Origin: Deferrisomatales bacterium
GTDB lineage: Bacteria; Desulfobacterota; Deferrisomatia; Deferrisomatales; JACRMM01
Assembly (NCBI GenBank): GCA_033551855.1
Contig: JAWSUI010000013.1
Span: 17,058 to 81,057, forward strand
DNA: 64,000 nucleotides
Reading direction: 5' to 3'
In this document: positions 30,288 through 40,051 of the stretch, one piece after another
Position numbering within the stretch: the first letter of the stretch is position 1
How the letters are laid out: the number at the start of each line of letters is the position of its first letter
Notes under the pieces: generated by a model
Told to the model about the DNA's origin: nothing
Databases searched by the model: none
The model's input: the letters and a program-made list of their open reading frames with translations, nothing else
Program-made: the position numbers and the translations under genes

Positions 30288-31505
30288 ATGACGCAGTGGG
30301 TCCTCGACAACCCCGAAGCCGTCTCCTCCGCAGAGATCGTCGTGGGGATCCCCTCGCGCAACGAGGCGGACGCCATCGCCTACCCGGTCGAGCAGGCCTC
30401 CCTGGGGCTCACCCGATTTTTCAGGGGGCGCAAGGCCGTCATCGTCAACTGCGACAACGCGAGCCCCGACGGGACCCGCGAGGCGTTCTTCGCCGCGCCC
30501 TGCGAAGTGCCGCGGCTCTACGTCTCCACTCCCCCGGGGGTCACCGGGAAGGGGAACAACTTCAAGAACCTGTTTCGCCTCGTGCGAGACCTCGGGGCCC
30601 GCGCCGTGGTCGTGGTCGATGCGGATCTCAAGAGCATCACGCCGAAGTGGATCAAGCATCTCGGCGAGCCTCTCCTCGACGACTTCGGGTTCGTGGCGCC
30701 GCTGTACCTCCGCCACAAGTACGACGGCACCATCACCAACAACATCGCCTACCCTTTGACCCGAAGCCTTTACGGGCGAAGGGTCCGCCAGCCCATCGGC
30801 GGGGACTTCGGCTTCTCCGGGGACCTCGCGCGCACCTATCTCGAGCACCCCACGTGGAACGAGGACGTCGCGCACTTCGGGATCGACGTCTGGATGAGCA
30901 CCCTGGCGATCTACCACCGCCAGCCGATCACCCAGGCGTTTCTGGGCCGGCCGAAGGTCCATCGGGCCAAGGATCCCGCTTCCGAGCTGGGCCCCATGTT
31001 CCGTCAGGTGGTGGGGACGATCTTCCACCTCATGGAGGCCCTGGGCTCTTTCTGGGGGGGAGTCCGCTGGAGCCGGCCCACGGCCATCTTCGGCTTCGGC
31101 CTCGGGGAGACGGAATTGCCCCCCCCGGTGAGCGTGGACCTCGAGGCCCTGTACACGCGGCTCCACGACGGCAAGACCGCGTATGCCGAGGTCTGGAAGG
31201 AAGCCCTGGCGCCGGTCACCCACGGGAAGCTACAGGAGGTCCTGGGTATGGACCTCGGGCACTTCGAGCTCCCCGCAGCCCTCTGGGCACAGGTGCTCTT
31301 CGACGTGGCGGTGGCATGTCGCGACCGGATTCTGCCCCGGGATCACCTGGTCGATGCGCTGGCACCTCTGTACTTCGGCCGCACCCTGTCCTTCGTGCGG
31401 GCAACCGAGGGGATGGCGCCTTCCCAGGCGGAGGAATATGTGGAGGAACAGTGCCAGGCCTTCGAAGAGGCCAAGCCGTACCTGCTCGAGCGATGGGGCG
31501 GCTGA
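30288..31505 (+). CDS. GT-A glycosyltransferase (mannosylglycerate / glucosylglycerate synthase-like)
   Basis: GIPSRNE, DNASPDGT, GKG, DAD motif, RQPIGGDF, FGIDVW. Confidence 0.8.
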   Translation: MTQWVLDNPEAVSSAEIVVGIPSRNEADAIAYPVEQASLGLTRFFRGRKAVIVNCDNASPDGTREAFFAAPCEVPRLYVSTPPGVTGKGNNFKNLFRLVRDLGARAVVVVDADLKSITPKWIKHLGEPLLDDFGFVAPLYLRHKYDGTITNNIAYPLTRSLYGRRVRQPIGGDFGFSGDLARTYLEHPTWNEDVAHFGIDVWMSTLAIYHRQPITQAFLGRPKVHRAKDPASELGPMFRQVVGTIFHLMEALGSFWGGVRWSRPTAIFGFGLGETELPPPVSVDLEALYTRLHDGKTAYAEVWKEALAPVTHGKLQEVLGMDLGHFELPAALWAQVLFDVAVACRDRILPRDHLVDALAPLYFGRTLSFVRATEGMAPSQAEEYVEEQCQAFEEAKPYLLERWGG

Positions 31506-31573
31506 GTGGGATCCGGTCGCCGGGCAACCGGAGCCGCTTGCTGTGGCGGCTCCTGTGCCGAAAGGAGTAGCTC

Positions 31574-31945
31574 GTGGCTCGCATTCTGATCGTGGACGAC
31601 GAAGAGCACATCCGCACCCTCTACACCCTCGAGCTCGAGGACGACGGGCACTCCGTGGTGGCCTTGGCGTCCGGCAAGAACCTCGTGAGTGAGATCGAGC
31701 GTTTCCGGCCCGACGTGGTGGTCTTGGACATCAAGATGGTGGACGTGAGCGGTCTCGACGTCCTCCAGGAGGTGCGCACCCGCTACTACGACCTCCCCGT
31801 CATCCTCTGCTCGGCCTACGGCTCGTACAAGGGAGACCTCAAGAGCATCGCCGCAGACTACTACGTGGTGAAGTCCTCCGACTTAACAGAGCTGAAGAAG
31901 CGCATCGCGGCAGCCCTGGAAGCCGGCATCCCCCCGGAGGGGTGA
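31574..31945 (+). CDS. Single-domain response regulator
   Basis: ILIVDDE, LDIKM (phospho-Asp), YVVKS. Confidence 0.9.
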   Translation: MARILIVDDEEHIRTLYTLELEDDGHSVVALASGKNLVSEIERFRPDVVVLDIKMVDVSGLDVLQEVRTRYYDLPVILCSAYGSYKGDLKSIAADYYVVKSSDLTELKKRIAAALEAGIPPEG

Positions 31946-32063
31946 GCCCCGCCTGACCCCGCGGGGAAAGGGCGCCGGAGGCCTGAGGCCCTGGCGCCGC
32001 CCCGCCCCCGCCGGGATCCCGAACCCAGCTCCCCGCCGGATGGGGGACCTCCCGAGAGGCCGT

Positions 32064-32675
32064 ATGGTCAAGTACATCGCGGTCGCCGGGAACATGGGAA
32101 GCGGCAAGTCCACCCTGGTGGAGTTCCTTTGCCGGCGGTACCCCCACATCCGCCCGTTCTACGAGCGCAACGAGGAAAACCCCTACCTCGAGGACTTCTA
32201 CCGGGACATGGGACGGTGGGCGTTCCACTCCCAGGTCTATTTTCTCACGCTCAAGTTTCGGACCCACCAGGAGCTCGACGCCTGCCCCCAGACCGTGATT
32301 CAGGACCGCACGATCTACGAGGACGCGGAGGTCTTCGCAGAGAATCTCCACCGACGGGGATTCCTAGGGGGAAGGGACTACGAGGCCTACCGAAGGCTCT
32401 ACGGGACCATCCTGCGAAGCATCGACCCGCCGGACCTGCTGATCTACCTCAAGTCCGGCCTGCGCACCATCCGCAGGCGCGTCCGGCTGAGGGGGCGCGC
32501 CTGCGAGGGCGCCGTGGACTCGGCCTATCTCCGGGACCTCAATCGCCTCTACGACCGCTGGCTCGCTACCTACGACCTTTCCCCCGTGCTCGTCCTCGAC
32601 GCAGACCGCCTCGACTTCCTCAACGATCTGGTGGATCGGATCGAGATCCTGGAAACCATCGAGAGGCACCTGTGA
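32064..32675 (+). CDS. Deoxynucleoside kinase
   Basis: GNMGSGKST P-loop, DRTIYED, RGRACE lid. Confidence 0.9.
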   Translation: MVKYIAVAGNMGSGKSTLVEFLCRRYPHIRPFYERNEENPYLEDFYRDMGRWAFHSQVYFLTLKFRTHQELDACPQTVIQDRTIYEDAEVFAENLHRRGFLGGRDYEAYRRLYGTILRSIDPPDLLIYLKSGLRTIRRRVRLRGRACEGAVDSAYLRDLNRLYDRWLATYDLSPVLVLDADRLDFLNDLVDRIEILETIERHL

Positions 32676-32703
32676 CGGACCGGCCAGCAGAGGGGTCCGG
32701 CCT

Positions 32704-34032
32704 TCAGGGCGGAGCCCCCGTCCATCGTCCCCTCCAAGCCTCCAACGCGGCCAAGGCCCGCCGGGCCTTCTCCTCCTTGACAGCCCGCTTGTCCCGGCTG
32801 CGCACTCCCAAGGCGGGCAGGAGTCCGAAGTTCATGTTCATGGGCTCGAAGGGCCGGGAGGGCGAGGCGGTGACATGGCCCACCAGGGCGCCCAATGCCG
32901 TCTCGGCAGGCAAGGGGTCCGGAGTGCGCCCCCCCAGCCGGAGGGCCAGGTTCAGGCCCGCCCAGAGGCCCATCCCCGCGCTCTCCAGATATCCCTCCAC
33001 CCCGGTGATCTGCCCGGCGAGTTGCAGCCGCGGGCTGCGTCGCAGGCGCAGGTAACGGTCGAGGAGGCGGGGGCCGTCCACGTAGGTGTTGCGGTGCAGG
33101 CTGCCCAGGCGGTGAAAGCGGGCGTTGGCGAGGGCGGGGATGAGGCGGAAGACGCGCTCCTGCTCCGGGTGGGCGAGCTTGGTCTGGAACCCCACCAGGT
33201 TCCACCGTTCCCCGGCCGCGTCCTCCCGGCGCAGTTGGACCACGGCGTAGGGGCGCAGGCCGGTGCGGGGGTCTTCGAGCCCCACCGGCTTCATGGGACC
33301 GAACAGGAGCGTCTTCGGGCCCTTCCCGGCCAGGGTCTCGATGGGTTGACAGGCCTGGAAGACCCTCTCCTCTTCGAAATCCCGCGTCGGGACCGTACGG
33401 GCGGTGACGAGCGCCTCGAAGAAACGGTCGAACTCCTCCCGGGTCAGCGGGCAGTTGAGATAGTCGTCTCCCCCCTTCCCGTAACGGGAGGCTGCGAAGA
33501 CTGCCCCTCGGTCCACCGAGGCTCCCTCCACGATGGGGGCCATGGCATCGTAGAAGTAGAGGGAATCGGTACCGGTGACTCGGCCGAGGGCGTTGGCGAG
33601 CCGCTCCGTGGTCAACGGTCCGGAGGCCAGGATCACGGGCCCGTCGGCGGGAATCTCGGTCACCTCCTGGCGGATGATCTCCACCAGGGGTTCCGCCTCG
33701 AGCCGGGCCGTGACGTCGCGGCTGAAGGCCTCTCGATCGACCGCCAGGGCCTGGCCGGCCGCCACCCGGACGGCGAGGGCCGACTCCAGGAGGACGGAGC
33801 CCAGCCGGGTCAACTCCTCCTGGAGCAGCCCGGAGGCCTGTCCCAGGCCCATCGCCTTGAAAGAGTTGGAACAGACCAACTCGGCGAGGGCACCGGTCCG
33901 GTGGGCGGGTCCGAAACGGAGCGGCCGCATCTCCACCAGGCGCACGGCCATGCCGCAGCGCGCAAGCTGCCACGCGGCCTCGCACCCTGCCAGACCCCCG
34001 CCCACCACCGTGGCGGCCGGGCCCGTGCTCAT
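32704..34032 (-). CDS. trmFO: Folate/FAD-dependent tRNA (uracil-54-C5) methyltransferase
   Basis: GGGLAGCEAA, AELVCSNS, FGPMKPVGL, GQITGVEGY. Confidence 0.95.
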   Translation of the reverse strand: MSTGPAATVVGGGLAGCEAAWQLARCGMAVRLVEMRPLRFGPAHRTGALAELVCSNSFKAMGLGQASGLLQEELTRLGSVLLESALAVRVAAGQALAVDREAFSRDVTARLEAEPLVEIIRQEVTEIPADGPVILASGPLTTERLANALGRVTGTDSLYFYDAMAPIVEGASVDRGAVFAASRYGKGGDDYLNCPLTREEFDRFFEALVTARTVPTRDFEEERVFQACQPIETLAGKGPKTLLFGPMKPVGLEDPRTGLRPYAVVQLRREDAAGERWNLVGFQTKLAHPEQERVFRLIPALANARFHRLGSLHRNTYVDGPRLLDRYLRLRRSPRLQLAGQITGVEGYLESAGMGLWAGLNLALRLGGRTPDPLPAETALGALVGHVTASPSRPFEPMNMNFGLLPALGVRSRDKRAVKEEKARRALAALEAWRGRWTGAPP

Positions 34033-34103
34033 CCCCACGCGCTCGCCGTCCCGTCCGGGTCGCGCCGCGGCGAAGGGCCCCCGGAAGCCTTGGGATTCAC
34101 CCG

Positions 34104-34658
34104 TCACAACTCCCCGGGACCGAACGGAAGGCCCCCGAAGATTTTCCGCTCCACCTTCCGGGTCGCCTCCCAGTTTTGTCGGATCCGCCCTTCCGCCTGG
34201 GGGTACCTCCCCCCGTACCTCACCACAAGATCCTCGAAGCGCTCCGCGAGGGAGACCACCTCATCGTGGCGAACGCGCTTGTCGCTGTAGTTGAGGACCT
34301 CGGCCTCGGTCACGGGGCCCCGGGGATCACACGGGCCGAGCTCGACGTGGCGTTCCACGAGGGCGGCCACGGCGAGGTAGCCCTCCCGCCGGAGCACCGC
34401 CCCGCCTTCCACCGCGTGGTCCCGATGGCTGGCGAGGCAATCCGCCTTGGCGATGTCGTGAAGCAGAGCTGCCGCCTCCAGCAGAGCGAGGTCGAGGTGC
34501 TCACCGTGGGATGCCAGGGCCCGGGCCAGTCGCAGTGCGACCCGCGACACCTGTTCGCTGTGCCGCCGGATGTGGGCCGGGACTCGGTGGAGATCGAGAA
34601 GCCGCTCGCACTCCGCCCGGTCGGGCACGGGACAGCGACCCTCCGGCCCGAAGGTCAC
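34104..34658 (-). CDS. HD domain protein
   Basis: RRHSEQV..LLHDIAK..H..YSDKRV. Confidence 0.85.
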   Translation of the reverse strand: MTFGPEGRCPVPDRAECERLLDLHRVPAHIRRHSEQVSRVALRLARALASHGEHLDLALLEAAALLHDIAKADCLASHRDHAVEGGAVLRREGYLAVAALVERHVELGPCDPRGPVTEAEVLNYSDKRVRHDEVVSLAERFEDLVVRYGGRYPQAEGRIRQNWEATRKVERKIFGGLPFGPGEL

Positions 34659-34662
34659 CCGG

Positions 34663-36612
34663 TCACCGCTTGAGGAACTTCAGGGCCTTGGCCACCAAGG
34701 TCTCCGGATCGAGACCCATCCGCCGCCGAACCTCCCCCGGAGACCCGGAGACGCCGTAGTGCTCGACACCCATCTTCAAGAGGCGACACGAGATGCCGCG
34801 GGCGGCAATACAGTTCGCCACCCGCGACCCCAGGCCGGTGTGGACGTTGTGGTCCTCGTAGGTGATCACCCGCCCCTTGCGCAGGCACTGGAGCAGCACC
34901 GGGTCGACGGAGGTATCCAGGGACTTCGGACACGACACGTGGAGCACCGACGGCTCCATGGCGCGCTCCCGCAAGACCCCCCAAGCCTGGAGGGCGTGGG
35001 CGAGCATCTGGCCCGTGACCAGGATGACCCCGTGGTCCCCGGGCCGCACAAGGTCGAGCCTTCCGTAGCGGAACTCGTATCCATCGCCAAAGAACGGCTG
35101 TCCCTCCAGGTCGGTGACGATGGGCGTCGCCTCGCCGCCAAGCCCGAGCACCCAGTTCCCGGCTTGGCCCAACAGGTGCCGGAAGACGCGGTCAGCCTGG
35201 TTGGCGTCAGCAGGAAAGACGGCGCGGAACCCGAGCAGGCTGTCCAGAAGGCTGAGGTAGTCGATGCATTGGAGGGCCTTGCCGTCCTCGCCCCCGTCCA
35301 GCCCGAGGTGCGTGAGGACGACCTTGAGGTGGGTCCGATTCAAGTCGTTCAGCCGGAGCTGATTGTAGGCGCCGTCAAGGCCGAACACGCCCTTCCCCAC
35401 GAACACGGTGACGACTTCCTCCAGGCTCAAGGCGCCCGAGGCGGTGACGGCCGCCTGATCCTGCACCCCGAAGGGGAAGTAACTGTCCCGGTTCTCCCGG
35501 GCGAAGCCCTCGGTGCCCACCGCGCTGGGAAGGGCCGTGTCCACCACCGCCAGGGGGCAGGCCCCATCCCCCCGGTTCCTCCCCCCCACGTCCCGGAGCG
35601 CCTCCCCGAAGGCCTTCCAGGTCTCGAGCACGGTCCCCGCAGGATACGACGCCGGCTCCCCGACGTCGGGGACCGGCACGGTGGCCGCCTCCTCGGCGAT
35701 CTCTAGGTCGAACTCGCCGAAGGCGGCCCGGTAATCCGCCGCCTCCGAGAGGTCCCCCTCGAGGCGGAGCTCCCGCAGCGCCTCCTGGTACTCCTCCTCG
35801 GTCAGAGCCCGCTCGTGGTACTCGGGGTTGTTCTCCATGAAGGAGACCCCGCTTCCCGCCGTCGTGTGCGCCAGGATCAGCACGGGCGCGCTCTGGATCT
35901 GGATCCCCCGTCGCAGCGCCTTGTAGATCTCGTTGTGGTCGTGGCCGCTGATCTCGATGACGTCCCAGCCGTCCGCGATGTACTCGAACTTCACATGCTG
36001 TGGCGTGAGCTCCGAGCCGCGGGACACCCCCTGGCCGCCGTTGAAGTCCACGATCGCGGTGATGTTGTTCAGGCGATACCGCTTGGCCAACCTTCGCGCC
36101 TCCGCCACCTGGCCCTTGAGCTGCTCACCGTCGCTCATGGCCACGAACACGTTGTACTTGAGGTTGTTCAACCGAGCGGCCAGGGCAAACCCGCAGGCGG
36201 CGGACAGGCCTAGGCCCAACTGGCCGCCGGTCCACTCCACCCCCGGCACCGTGCGCTCGAGGTTGCCTTCGAAGATGCTCCCGGCCTTGCGAAAGAGGGC
36301 GATCGCGTCGTCGAGGTCGAAGAAGTCCAAGCGCCCGAGGGTCCCGTAGAAGGCGGGCGCGGAGTGGGCGTGGCCCACCACGATCCGGTCCCTTCGGGGC
36401 TCTTCCGGCTGGGAGGATCTCAGGGACGCGGCCGAGAGGAGGGTGACATAGAGGTCCACCGAGGAGAGGCTTCCCGCCGGGTGCCCGCTGTCGGCCAATC
36501 GGATCATTCGCAGCACGTCCCCCCGCACCGCCCGCGAGAGGGTCCGCAGATGGCGGATCTGCTCCGGCGTGAGCTCCTCCTCCCGAAACCCCTTCGCAAT
36601 CTGCATCGGCAT
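34663..36612 (-). CDS. Transketolase-like protein with substituted catalytic residues
   Basis: SGHPAGS, SDGE..N ThDP motif, GEDG, YEDHNVHTGLG; several catalytic positions diverge (see findings). Confidence 0.85.
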   Translation of the reverse strand: MPMQIAKGFREEELTPEQIRHLRTLSRAVRGDVLRMIRLADSGHPAGSLSSVDLYVTLLSAASLRSSQPEEPRRDRIVVGHAHSAPAFYGTLGRLDFFDLDDAIALFRKAGSIFEGNLERTVPGVEWTGGQLGLGLSAACGFALAARLNNLKYNVFVAMSDGEQLKGQVAEARRLAKRYRLNNITAIVDFNGGQGVSRGSELTPQHVKFEYIADGWDVIEISGHDHNEIYKALRRGIQIQSAPVLILAHTTAGSGVSFMENNPEYHERALTEEEYQEALRELRLEGDLSEAADYRAAFGEFDLEIAEEAATVPVPDVGEPASYPAGTVLETWKAFGEALRDVGGRNRGDGACPLAVVDTALPSAVGTEGFARENRDSYFPFGVQDQAAVTASGALSLEEVVTVFVGKGVFGLDGAYNQLRLNDLNRTHLKVVLTHLGLDGGEDGKALQCIDYLSLLDSLLGFRAVFPADANQADRVFRHLLGQAGNWVLGLGGEATPIVTDLEGQPFFGDGYEFRYGRLDLVRPGDHGVILVTGQMLAHALQAWGVLRERAMEPSVLHVSCPKSLDTSVDPVLLQCLRKGRVITYEDHNVHTGLGSRVANCIAARGISCRLLKMGVEHYGVSGSPGEVRRRMGLDPETLVAKALKFLKR

Positions 36613-36674
36613 CCCACCTCCCTAACGATGGAAGACGGCCCGGGCCGCCCGGGGCCGAGGGTTTCCCCGACCCG

Positions 36675-37007
36675 CTACTCGTCCTCGTCCTCCTCCTCGT
36701 ACTCCTCCTCGGCCTCTCCCTCGTCCTCCTCTTCCTCCCGCTCCTCCTCGGCCTTTCTCGCCAACTTGGACTTACGGAGCTGCCGAATTCCTCGCGCAAC
36801 CACACGAGCGGGGTTGTCCACGTCCTCGAGCTCGTCGCTGTCTATGTACTCCGCGATCTCCTCGGCAACTTCGGTGACGAGCTCCGGGTCCGAGAGGTCC
36901 TCCCAGGAGAACTCCATGTCCTCTATGGGCTCCCCGTCGCAGTAGAAGGCAACCCCGTCCTCGTCGTACACCGCATCGATGGTCGGAAGAATGCGCTTCC
37001 TCGGCAT
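36675..37007 (-). CDS. Highly acidic hypothetical protein
   Basis: GAGGAGG RBS; Glu/Asp-rich sequence with an acidic tail. Confidence 0.7.
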   Translation of the reverse strand: MPRKRILPTIDAVYDEDGVAFYCDGEPIEDMEFSWEDLSDPELVTEVAEEIAEYIDSDELEDVDNPARVVARGIRQLRKSKLARKAEEEREEEEDEGEAEEEYEEEDEDE

Positions 37008-37290
37008 GGCTCCTCCTCGTTCGATGGCCGCCCTGGGCCCGAAAAGCGCCCGAACATACCACCCACCCCCAGGGATGACAAGCGCGGCCGAGCGTCCAGC
37101 CGGCCCTCACCTCTCTGGCCGGCGGGGTTCGGTCAGCGATCCCGCGCTGCCCCAAGGGCCTCGCCGATGGGGGCTCGTCCACTGGCGGCAGCGAGCGCTT
37201 GCCGTCCCCGGTTTCCCTCGGGGCCGGCACCCAGGCCGACGCGGTCCGCCTCGGCACCGCACCGCCGGCGGCGTCGGCGATCGGCCGTTA

Positions 37291-37321
37291 GGTTCTGACA
37301 CGGAATACCCGTGTCAGAACC
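37291..37321. repeat. Perfect 13-bp inverted repeat flanked by TTA
   Basis: GGTTCTGACACGG-AATAC-CCGTGTCAGAACC. Confidence 0.8.
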
Positions 37322-37322
37322 C

Positions 37323-38855
37323 TTAGTCGGCTCTCGGCCCCAAGCCTGCCCGGCGAAACTGCAAGGCCTCGAGGACGTGGGCCCGCCCCACCCCCTCGGC
37401 GCCCTCCAAGTCCGCGATGGTGCGAGCCACCTTGAGGGCCCTCGTGTAGGCCCGGGCGGAGAGACCCAGTCGGTCCATGGCGTGCTCCAGTAGATTCCGG
37501 GCATCCGCCGAGGGAGAGCAGTGCCGGCGGACGGCGGCAGCCGAGAGGTGGGCGTTGCAGTGAAACGTCCGGCCCGCGTACCGCGTGGCCTGGCGCTGCC
37601 TCGCCACAGCCACCCGCTCCCGCACGGCGCCGGACGACTCGTCGCCGGAACCTCCCGCCATCTCCCGGTACCGAATGGCCGGGACCTCGGCGTGGAGGTC
37701 GAAGCGGTCCAGGAGGGGACCCGACACCCGGGCACGGTATTTCCGAATCGCCGAGGGGCTGCAGGTGCACTCGTGCTGCAGGTCGCCGTGGTACCCGCAC
37801 GGGCAGGGGTTCATGGCCGCGACCAGCATGAAACGGGCAGGGAACGTGACGCTCGTGGCGGCTCGGGCGATGGTGACCGCGCCGTCCTCGAGCGGCTGAC
37901 GAAGCACCTCGAGCACGTGCTTCTTGAACTCGGGGAGCTCGTCGAGGAAGAGCACCCCATTGTGCGCGAGGCTGATCTCCCCGCAGCGGGGGATCGTGCC
38001 GCCCCCGATCAGACCGGCGTCGGAGATCGTGTGGTGGGGCGCGCGGAAGGGCCGCCGCACGACCAGTGGCCCTTCTCCGTCCTGCACCCCCATGACGCTG
38101 TAGATCCGGCTGGTCTCCAGGGCCTCGTCCCAGGTCATCTCCGGCAGGATCGTGGGCAGGCGGCGGGCCAGCATGGTCTTCCCGGACCCCGGGGGGCCGA
38201 CCAGGAACACGTTGTGCCCCCCCGCCGCCGCGATCTCCAGGGCCCGCTTCACGTGCCCCTGCCCCCGGACCTCGTCGAAGTCCTCTTCGTACTCGTCTTG
38301 GCGGCCGAAGAGACGATCCCGGTCCAGCCGCGCCTCGGCCAGGCCGCCCCCCCGCAGGCCCTCCACCACGTCGGCCAGGGTGTCCACGGGGTACACGGCC
38401 AGGTCCTTGACCACGGCCGCCTCCGCCGCGTTCTCCCGGGGGACGCAAACGCCGTCGAGACCGAGCCGGCGCGCCTCCATGGCGATCGGCAGGACCCCCT
38501 TGACCGGCCTCACCCGGCCGTCGAGGGAGAGCTCTCCGAGCAGGAGAACCCTCTCCAGCCCCCGGATCCCCAACTGGGGATCTGTGGCGAGAATCACCAC
38601 GGCCACAGGAAGGTCGAAGGCCGCACCCTCCTTCTTCACGTCGGCCGGCGCCAGGTTCACCGTGATCCGCTGGGGCGGGAAGGCGTACCCCGAGTTTCGG
38701 ATGGCCGACCGGACGCGGTCCTTGCTCTCCTTGACCGCGTTGTCCGGAAGCCCGACGAGGGTGAAGGACGGCAGCGCCCGCGCGACGTCCACCTCCACGT
38801 CCACCCGGTAAGCGTCGACGCCGAACACGGCACCGGAAATCGCCGATGAAAGCAC
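37323..38855 (-). CDS. yifB: YifB/ComM family Mg-chelatase-like AAA+ ATPase
   Basis: ITVNLAPADVKKEG..FDL, GPPGSGKT, RAPHHT, LDELPEF, AMNPCPCG. Confidence 0.95.
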   Translation of the reverse strand: MLSSAISGAVFGVDAYRVDVEVDVARALPSFTLVGLPDNAVKESKDRVRSAIRNSGYAFPPQRITVNLAPADVKKEGAAFDLPVAVVILATDPQLGIRGLERVLLLGELSLDGRVRPVKGVLPIAMEARRLGLDGVCVPRENAAEAAVVKDLAVYPVDTLADVVEGLRGGGLAEARLDRDRLFGRQDEYEEDFDEVRGQGHVKRALEIAAAGGHNVFLVGPPGSGKTMLARRLPTILPEMTWDEALETSRIYSVMGVQDGEGPLVVRRPFRAPHHTISDAGLIGGGTIPRCGEISLAHNGVLFLDELPEFKKHVLEVLRQPLEDGAVTIARAATSVTFPARFMLVAAMNPCPCGYHGDLQHECTCSPSAIRKYRARVSGPLLDRFDLHAEVPAIRYREMAGGSGDESSGAVRERVAVARQRQATRYAGRTFHCNAHLSAAAVRRHCSPSADARNLLEHAMDRLGLSARAYTRALKVARTIADLEGAEGVGRAHVLEALQFRRAGLGPRAD

Positions 38856-39018
38856 GCCTTCCTCCCCCGGCCGCCGGACGGCGGCCCGCCCCTGGCCCCC
38901 CCAACGCTCGCGCAATCTACCCAAAGGCCCCGGGGACCGCAAGAATCCCAGGACAGCTCCCCTCTTCCCACGCAGAACCGCCTTTACAGCCCGGTCGGGG
39001 CCCGCGTAGAGTCCACCC

Positions 39019-39867
39019 ATGGCGCCCAAGCCCTCTTTTCCGCCGGGAGCCTTGGCGGTAGTGGCCCTGCCCCTGGGGAATCCGGCCGACATCACCCTGC
39101 GAGCCCTCCAGGTCCTGGCCGAGGCGGACCTGGTGGCCGCGGAGGACACCCGCACGGCCGGCCGTCTCCTGGCCCGCCACGGGGTCAGGGCGCCGCTGCT
39201 CTCCTACCACGACTGGAACGAGGACCAGCGGGCGCCCGCACTGATCGGGCGCCTGGAACAGGGCCAGCGGATCGCCCTCGTCTCGGAGGCAGGAACCCCG
39301 GGGATCTCGGATCCGGGATACGACGTGGTGCGCCTGGCGCGACAGCGCGGCATCCCGGTTTTCCCCGTGCCGGGGCCCTGCGCGGTCACGGCATTCCTGA
39401 GCGTCTCCGGCCTCCCCACGGACGCCTTTTCCTTCTTCGGCTTCCCCCCCAGCCGCCCCCCGCGCCGGCGGGAGCTCTTCCACTCCCTCTCGGACCGCCG
39501 CGAGACCCTCGTCTTTTACGAGTCCCCTCGGCGGGTCCTGGCTGCCCTGGCCGCCGCCGAGGAGTCCTTCGGGGACCGGGAGGCAGCCCTCGGCCGCGAG
39601 CTGACCAAGCCCCACGAGGAGGTTCTCTTCGGGACGCTCTCCTCGTTGCAGGAGGCGCTCGCCCCCCGCGCCCGGGTGCTGGGGGAGGTGTGCTGGGGGG
39701 TGCGGGGGGCCCAGGCCGTCCCGCCGCGGCCCGACGAGCCCTCCGCAGCCGCCCTCCAAGAGGCCGCGGGCAGCGGCCTGCCGCCCCGGGAGGCCGCCCG
39801 CGTCCTCGCCAAGCGCTCCGGGCTCTCCGTCAAAGAGGCCTACACCCTCCTCCTCCGACGCCGCTGA
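39019..39867 (+). CDS. rsmI: 16S rRNA (cytidine1402-2'-O)-methyltransferase
   Basis: PLGNPADIT, AEDTR, SEAGTPGISDPG, YESP, RELTK. Confidence 0.95.
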   Translation: MAPKPSFPPGALAVVALPLGNPADITLRALQVLAEADLVAAEDTRTAGRLLARHGVRAPLLSYHDWNEDQRAPALIGRLEQGQRIALVSEAGTPGISDPGYDVVRLARQRGIPVFPVPGPCAVTAFLSVSGLPTDAFSFFGFPPSRPPRRRELFHSLSDRRETLVFYESPRRVLAALAAAEESFGDREAALGRELTKPHEEVLFGTLSSLQEALAPRARVLGEVCWGVRGAQAVPPRPDEPSAAALQEAAGSGLPPREAARVLAKRSGLSVKEAYTLLLRRR

Positions 39868-40051
39868 GTGACTCCGTGCGAGAGAATCCTGGCGGGGGGT
39901 TCACTGCAAAGGGCAGAGTTGAGGGGAAGCTTGCTGAAGGTGGCCATACGACCGCCTAATCGGGCCGCCGCAAGCACGCGGCAGCATACGGCGACCCGGC
40001 AACAAGGTGGGGTCCGGGTCCACTTGAATGACTTCAGTGCAACGCATGGAA

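Noticed and set aside
36675..36752. TCC/TCG trinucleotide-like repeat
   Set aside because: Simply encodes the Glu/Asp tail of the acidic protein
39868..40051. RNase P RNA or a tRNA integration site after rsmI
   Set aside because: No rnpB or tRNA signature and no flanking direct repeat recognised
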